Shown here in pieces: positions 59,324 to 64,000 of a DNA stretch of 64,000 bases. Within the stretch, counting starts at the first letter, position 1. Each line of letters starts with the position of its first letter. The notes beneath the pieces are model-generated. The model saw nothing but the letters and a program-made list of their open reading frames with translations. It was not told where the DNA came from and did no database searches. The position numbers were made by a program, and so were the translations under genes. This stretch comes from Psammoneis japonica (Eukaryota): NCBI GenBank assembly GCA_008632985.1, contig QPGO01000004.1, forward strand, positions 1-64,000, written 5' to 3'.

Positions 59324-60178
59324 ATGGACAAGGCCAAGCCAGGTCACACAGTAGAGTTTCACGGCCTCAAGGGAGCCGCACATCTCAATGGCACCAAGGG
59401 CACGCTGGTCAAGTTCCTCACGAAGGAGGGACGATGGGTGGTTCGATGCGAACTCGACCATAAAAAAGTGAATGCCAAACCAGAAAATTTAACTCTCCAA
59501 CGCAATCCCTCTCGGCCCGTGATTGGAGGTGATTTCACTGCATCACAGGCTGCCAGACATTTTCCACAAGCATCTCCTTCTCTTGCCTTCAATCCCTTCG
59601 CGACTGCTCCTCCTCCCTCGTTTGTTGGAGCAGGAGGTCCTCCGAACGATGCTTGGGCAAAGGGGCTCTCACAAGCAGACCAGTACGAGTGGTTTTCCAA
59701 TTGCTACCAAATGCGATGCGATGATGACTATCAGTGGGGCGGTTGTAATCTTCATGGTCCATACAATCCAGATGCGACGCCACAAACCATTGCAGACGAT
59801 TTCCTCGTCTTTTGCCTTTTGGCTCATAAATGCAAGGCGTTGCCCAATAATTGGGATTGGGTCTCCTTTCTAAAGGCTGCACCCCAGTTTGTTCCATATG
59901 CGTTTGAAAAATCCGATGCCAAGGAGCGATGGGGAAGCGAGAATGTCTTTGAAGTTCAAATGGGCGGACGTAGTCTTCGATACACTGGCATGCAAATCTA
60001 TGGTAGTCCGGTGGACCAACCCGGAGACAGTCGAGAACATCAAGCTGCAGAACGTAAAGTGAGATCCAACAGATTCGATGCACAGAAGCAAGTCGGTGGT
60101 GTGGAGGCTTGGGCGACATTTTTGGAGGATCTTGGCCAATCCCGTCGCTTTATAGACTTACAACCAAGGCCGCTTTGA
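59324..60178 (+). CDS. Hypothetical protein (N-terminal small beta-barrel-like motif, conserved-looking C-terminal domain)
   Basis: 284-aa ORF; GxxVxxHGLxxAxHLNGxxG..GRWxV motif; WAKGL..YEWF.NCYQMRCDDDY.WGG; FEKSDAKERWG. Confidence 0.85.
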   Translation: MDKAKPGHTVEFHGLKGAAHLNGTKGTLVKFLTKEGRWVVRCELDHKKVNAKPENLTLQRNPSRPVIGGDFTASQAARHFPQASPSLAFNPFATAPPPSFVGAGGPPNDAWAKGLSQADQYEWFSNCYQMRCDDDYQWGGCNLHGPYNPDATPQTIADDFLVFCLLAHKCKALPNNWDWVSFLKAAPQFVPYAFEKSDAKERWGSENVFEVQMGGRSLRYTGMQIYGSPVDQPGDSREHQAAERKVRSNRFDAQKQVGGVEAWATFLEDLGQSRRFIDLQPRPL

Positions 60179-60668
60179 AGGAACAGGAACAATCTAGGCA
60201 GTACCGTGTTTCGGTCTCGACTACGCCTTAGTCAACGCGCTTTACAATAATTCGCGATTTAATTCTCTTTGGATTAGCTCTTTCCATTGAACTGTAATGC
60301 TGATTACGACATGGCAAGGCATGACGACTAAAGATGTAGCCTGCTGTCGACTTGCGCTATTCACGGACGTATCTACTCCCGTCTTCACGTATCCGTAACA
60401 AGCGTGCAAGTTACCACACCTCTAATACCCACATTCTTCTCAGAAGGTATCGCACCTCTAATACCAACATTCTTCTCAGAAATATTGTACTACTGTACTC
60501 CATGGTTGCTCAACAAACACAATTGTCCTGTTTGTCGTGTGAAGAAGGTGTATGATGCGGTTTTTGAATCTGAAGCAACAGAACAATGCTACTCCATAAA
60601 CACAATACCAGTATTTAATTTATAGAATTGGGCTCTTTCTTTCCAATGAAACAAATGCATGATATCCT

Positions 60669-63434
60669 CTAGTCGAGTACGTAAACACGAACGTATCCCA
60701 CGCCGTTGTCCGGGGCTGAGACAGCGAAGAATCGACCTTCCCCGTCAAGACAAACCGATTCACCGAAATCATCACCTACACTGTCTCCATTGAACTCGGC
60801 AACCTGCATCCATTGGGATGTGCTAGTGGAGTACCGAAAAAGATAAGCGGCACCACGTTCGTCGTCAAGGTCTTGCGCACCGGCTGCAAGAAGAGTCCCA
60901 TCGTCCGACAAACTCACGTGTCCAGCTCCAAGCTGACCAAAACTTCCTCTCCCGAAAATAGTTTGACCACGTTGAATCCAAGTGCTCCCAGATAGCTCGT
61001 ACACTCGAACCATGCCGGAATCCGATCCCTTCGCGTCATTTCCATCGGCTCCAACAGCTAGAACAGAACCGTCTTTTGAGAGCGCGACACTTGTGCCTTG
61101 GAAGTCCTCAAACGAAACGCCATCGAGAGGCTGCCCCACCGTGCTCCAGTCTCCATTCAAGTAATCGTAGACTCTCACACGTCCCGCGCCACCAGCACCG
61201 TTCACGATACCGACGGCAACTCTACGCCCAGCGGAATCCAACGCAATGGCTCGTCCAAAGGAATCGAGCGCCACCTCGCCTCTCAAGTCTTGACCCAACT
61301 GAGACCAATCGCTATCATTCCATTTAAATATCCTTGCGTATCCTGCGTTGACTCTATCCCTTGATGGATCACCAAGACGGGCCGCTACGGCTATGGTAAG
61401 ACCATCATCGGAGGTCGACACGTCCCAACCAAATTGATCCCCAGCTGCCCGGCCATTGATTGGTGAACCACGGGAAATCCACGCGTCTTCACGAAGTATA
61501 AATGCTCGTGCTTGCCCAGCATCCTCACCGCCGACGTCAGTGCTTCTCGCACCAACAACCAGAATGGTGCCATCCCGACTCAAGTCCACTCTCCCACCAA
61601 AGGATCCGCTACCCCTGAGAACCTGTCCAAGTCTATTCCACTGACTGCCAACACGTCGATATGTAATGACGGTATTGCGATTGATCGCACCCACGGCCAT
61701 TGTTGTCCCGTCCCGTGAAATCGCAACGTCAACTCCGAACCTTCCTCCTTGGTCAAGTCCTCGTAATGTTTGCATGACGCTAACATCAACAGGTGTTGAT
61801 GGATCCACTACAGGCGTCAAAGTGGGTGCTTTGGTTGGAGGTGGCGTAAAGATCGACACGGAGAAGAGACCAACAGATCCAGCGGCATTGTCTGGAGCAC
61901 CTACGACAAAGACTGACCCATCGCCAGAAAGGTTTACAGATGCTCCATAGCCATCACCCTCATCATCACCGGCATATTCCGCGACTTGTTCCCACTGGGA
62001 GGTGACACCGCTGTATCGAAAAAGATAAGCTTCTCCGCGTTCGACATTAATGTTTTGTGCTCCTGCGGCGAGGAGATTTCCGTCATTGGATATACTAATG
62101 TGACCAGCCCCAAGCTGACCATTGCCTCCTTTTCCAAATATAGTCTGACCACGTTGGACCCATGTTCTGTCTAGAAGCTCGTATACACGCACAGCACCCG
62201 ACAGTGTACCAGTCGTGTCGTCGCCTTCCGCTCCAACAGCCAAGATAGAACCGTCCGAGGAAAGAGCGACACTAGAACCTTGGCCACCTTCGGGGGCTTC
62301 CCCATCAAGAGGTTGACCTACAGAGTTCCAGCTCCCGTCAAAGAAATCAAAGACTTTTGTGCGTCCGGTTCCACGTCCACCGTTCAGGATACCAACAGCA
62401 AGCCTCCGCCCAGCCGAGTCCAACGCAATGGACCGGCCAAACTGATCCATGGCAACATCTCCCTCCAACACTTGTCCAAGACCTATCCATCCACCGCTCC
62501 ATGTGAATACCCTAACGTATCCTGCATTTACTCTGTCACTCGAAGGATCGCCAAGCCTTGCAGAAACAGCCATTGTTCTTCCACTGTTGGACAGTGCCAC
62601 AGCCCAACCAAACTGATCTCCAGGAGCCAAGCCATTGATGGGTGACCCATGCGGTTTCCACTCATTGTTGGAGCTCATTCTAAATGTTTGGACTTGTCCA
62701 GCACTCTCGCCTCCATCACTGTTGCTCCTTGCACCAACAACCAGAATGGTGCCATCTTCACTCAGATCCAAACGACAACCAAAGGATCCGCTGCCTCTGA
62801 GAACTTGTTCAAGACGACTCCACTGGTTGTCGCCGCTTCTACGAAAGGTCGTGACGGTATTTACATTGATTGCACCCACCACCATTGTCTTGCCATCACC
62901 TGAAAGCACTGCAGAGACTCCAAACCTGCCTCCAATGTCGGTCCCGCGAAACGTCTCCAGAGCGGACACTTGAACTTGGCCCAATAAGCTGACGGTCGGA
63001 GAGAGCGTCGGAGTGCTGCCTACAGACGTTGGATTATTTGTCGATGGCCTGAGTGTCGGCTCGATAACTGGAGACATTGTTGGAACCCCAGATTCTGTGG
63101 CTGTTGGGCCTTTGCCAAGTCCTGTTGCTTTCTCGCCCCCGTTACCGTCGTTGCCGACGACAAGCACGCCAACAATAGCCGCAATAGCAGCAACAAACAA
63201 AAGGATTGCAAGAATCACGAACCATTTTCGTTTCCAAAAAGGAGGCTTTTCCGCTACAAAGTGAATGTTGTTTATATCGTCTAGAGGAATGGGTTGCCGA
63301 CTCCGAAGCGCTTCCACTTCTTGTCGGATTTCTGCGGGAAGATCTTCCTCCATTATTTCACTTGCAAGATCTTCGTTCGAAACGGTACCATGGGAGAAAA
63401 ACGAATTGTGGCCTTGAGACGTTCTCGAATCCAT
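60669..63434 (-). CDS. Single-pass protein with two tandem FG-GAP-like beta-propellers
   Basis: Intact 921-aa ORF; two homologous ~325-aa domains joined by a PT linker. Confidence 0.92.
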   Translation of the reverse strand: MDSRTSQGHNSFFSHGTVSNEDLASEIMEEDLPAEIRQEVEALRSRQPIPLDDINNIHFVAEKPPFWKRKWFVILAILLFVAAIAAIVGVLVVGNDGNGGEKATGLGKGPTATESGVPTMSPVIEPTLRPSTNNPTSVGSTPTLSPTVSLLGQVQVSALETFRGTDIGGRFGVSAVLSGDGKTMVVGAINVNTVTTFRRSGDNQWSRLEQVLRGSGSFGCRLDLSEDGTILVVGARSNSDGGESAGQVQTFRMSSNNEWKPHGSPINGLAPGDQFGWAVALSNSGRTMAVSARLGDPSSDRVNAGYVRVFTWSGGWIGLGQVLEGDVAMDQFGRSIALDSAGRRLAVGILNGGRGTGRTKVFDFFDGSWNSVGQPLDGEAPEGGQGSSVALSSDGSILAVGAEGDDTTGTLSGAVRVYELLDRTWVQRGQTIFGKGGNGQLGAGHISISNDGNLLAAGAQNINVERGEAYLFRYSGVTSQWEQVAEYAGDDEGDGYGASVNLSGDGSVFVVGAPDNAAGSVGLFSVSIFTPPPTKAPTLTPVVDPSTPVDVSVMQTLRGLDQGGRFGVDVAISRDGTTMAVGAINRNTVITYRRVGSQWNRLGQVLRGSGSFGGRVDLSRDGTILVVGARSTDVGGEDAGQARAFILREDAWISRGSPINGRAAGDQFGWDVSTSDDGLTIAVAARLGDPSRDRVNAGYARIFKWNDSDWSQLGQDLRGEVALDSFGRAIALDSAGRRVAVGIVNGAGGAGRVRVYDYLNGDWSTVGQPLDGVSFEDFQGTSVALSKDGSVLAVGADGNDAKGSDSGMVRVYELSGSTWIQRGQTIFGRGSFGQLGAGHVSLSDDGTLLAAGAQDLDDERGAAYLFRYSTSTSQWMQVAEFNGDSVGDDFGESVCLDGEGRFFAVSAPDNGVGYVRVYVLD

Positions 63435-64000
63435 TGTTGAGAATCTACACCAACCTTGTCACCTGCTGAATCATCAACCAAAGAAGAGTATCAACAAGAA
63501 GGCGGAAACGAAACAACATTGAACATGATGATCATCAGCGGAAGCATGATTCACATGATTCGCGGATCGCGGATTGTGCATGGGTGTCTGCGTGTCTGTG
63601 TGAGTGAATTGTCGGCGATCGCGAGAATAACTGGAAAATAGAAGTGGCCTAAAGTTCAAATCCTCAATTTCAACTCTTGCTAAATTGTCTAACAAGTTCA
63701 TCTTAACCTCTCGGATCGCAAGAAGGAATGCATTTGCTGTTGGTAGAGCCCTGCGCGAGAACCAGATTCCAGATAATTGACGACAGCGCACACCATTCCC
63801 GCTCAAACAGAACAATTTAGTGTAGACGCAGGCAAAGGTTAGGATACAATGGCATCAATAAGAAAGTTTAGGAGGACTAAAGAATATAGACCTAAGTTAT
63901 CTCCGCAACTATTGCGTATATATAGGAAAAATGCAAAATAACGCAACTCGCGAAACGCGTGTCCATCAACAAGACGCATACATGTAAGACTAAGCAAAAT

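Overview
Eukaryotic genomic DNA: GT-AG introns are present, and the gene and TE content looks diatom-like (inference, not verified). Ordinary genes alternate with blocks of transposable elements. Genes: PP2C, eIF3c, a STE20-type kinase copy, an 8-Myb-repeat protein, four single-pass FG-GAP-like beta-propeller proteins and two intronless membrane proteins. Elements: a full-length Ty3/gypsy LTR element with TSD, a CRE-like non-LTR element between 56-bp inverted repeats, a TIR element carrying a captured BTB fragment, a foldback element and older degenerate relics. The main signal is a repeat-restricted, strand-symmetric hypermutation that converts TpA to TpG or CpA (A:T to G:C), the reverse of fungal RIP. 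All 15 TpA sites in the 5' LTR are converted in the 3' LTR. Conserved tyrosines, including RT YxDD motifs, read Cys/His in three unrelated retroelement classes. Old repeat blocks contain 1.1-1.7 kb stretches with no TpA. All counts and alignments were made by eye.
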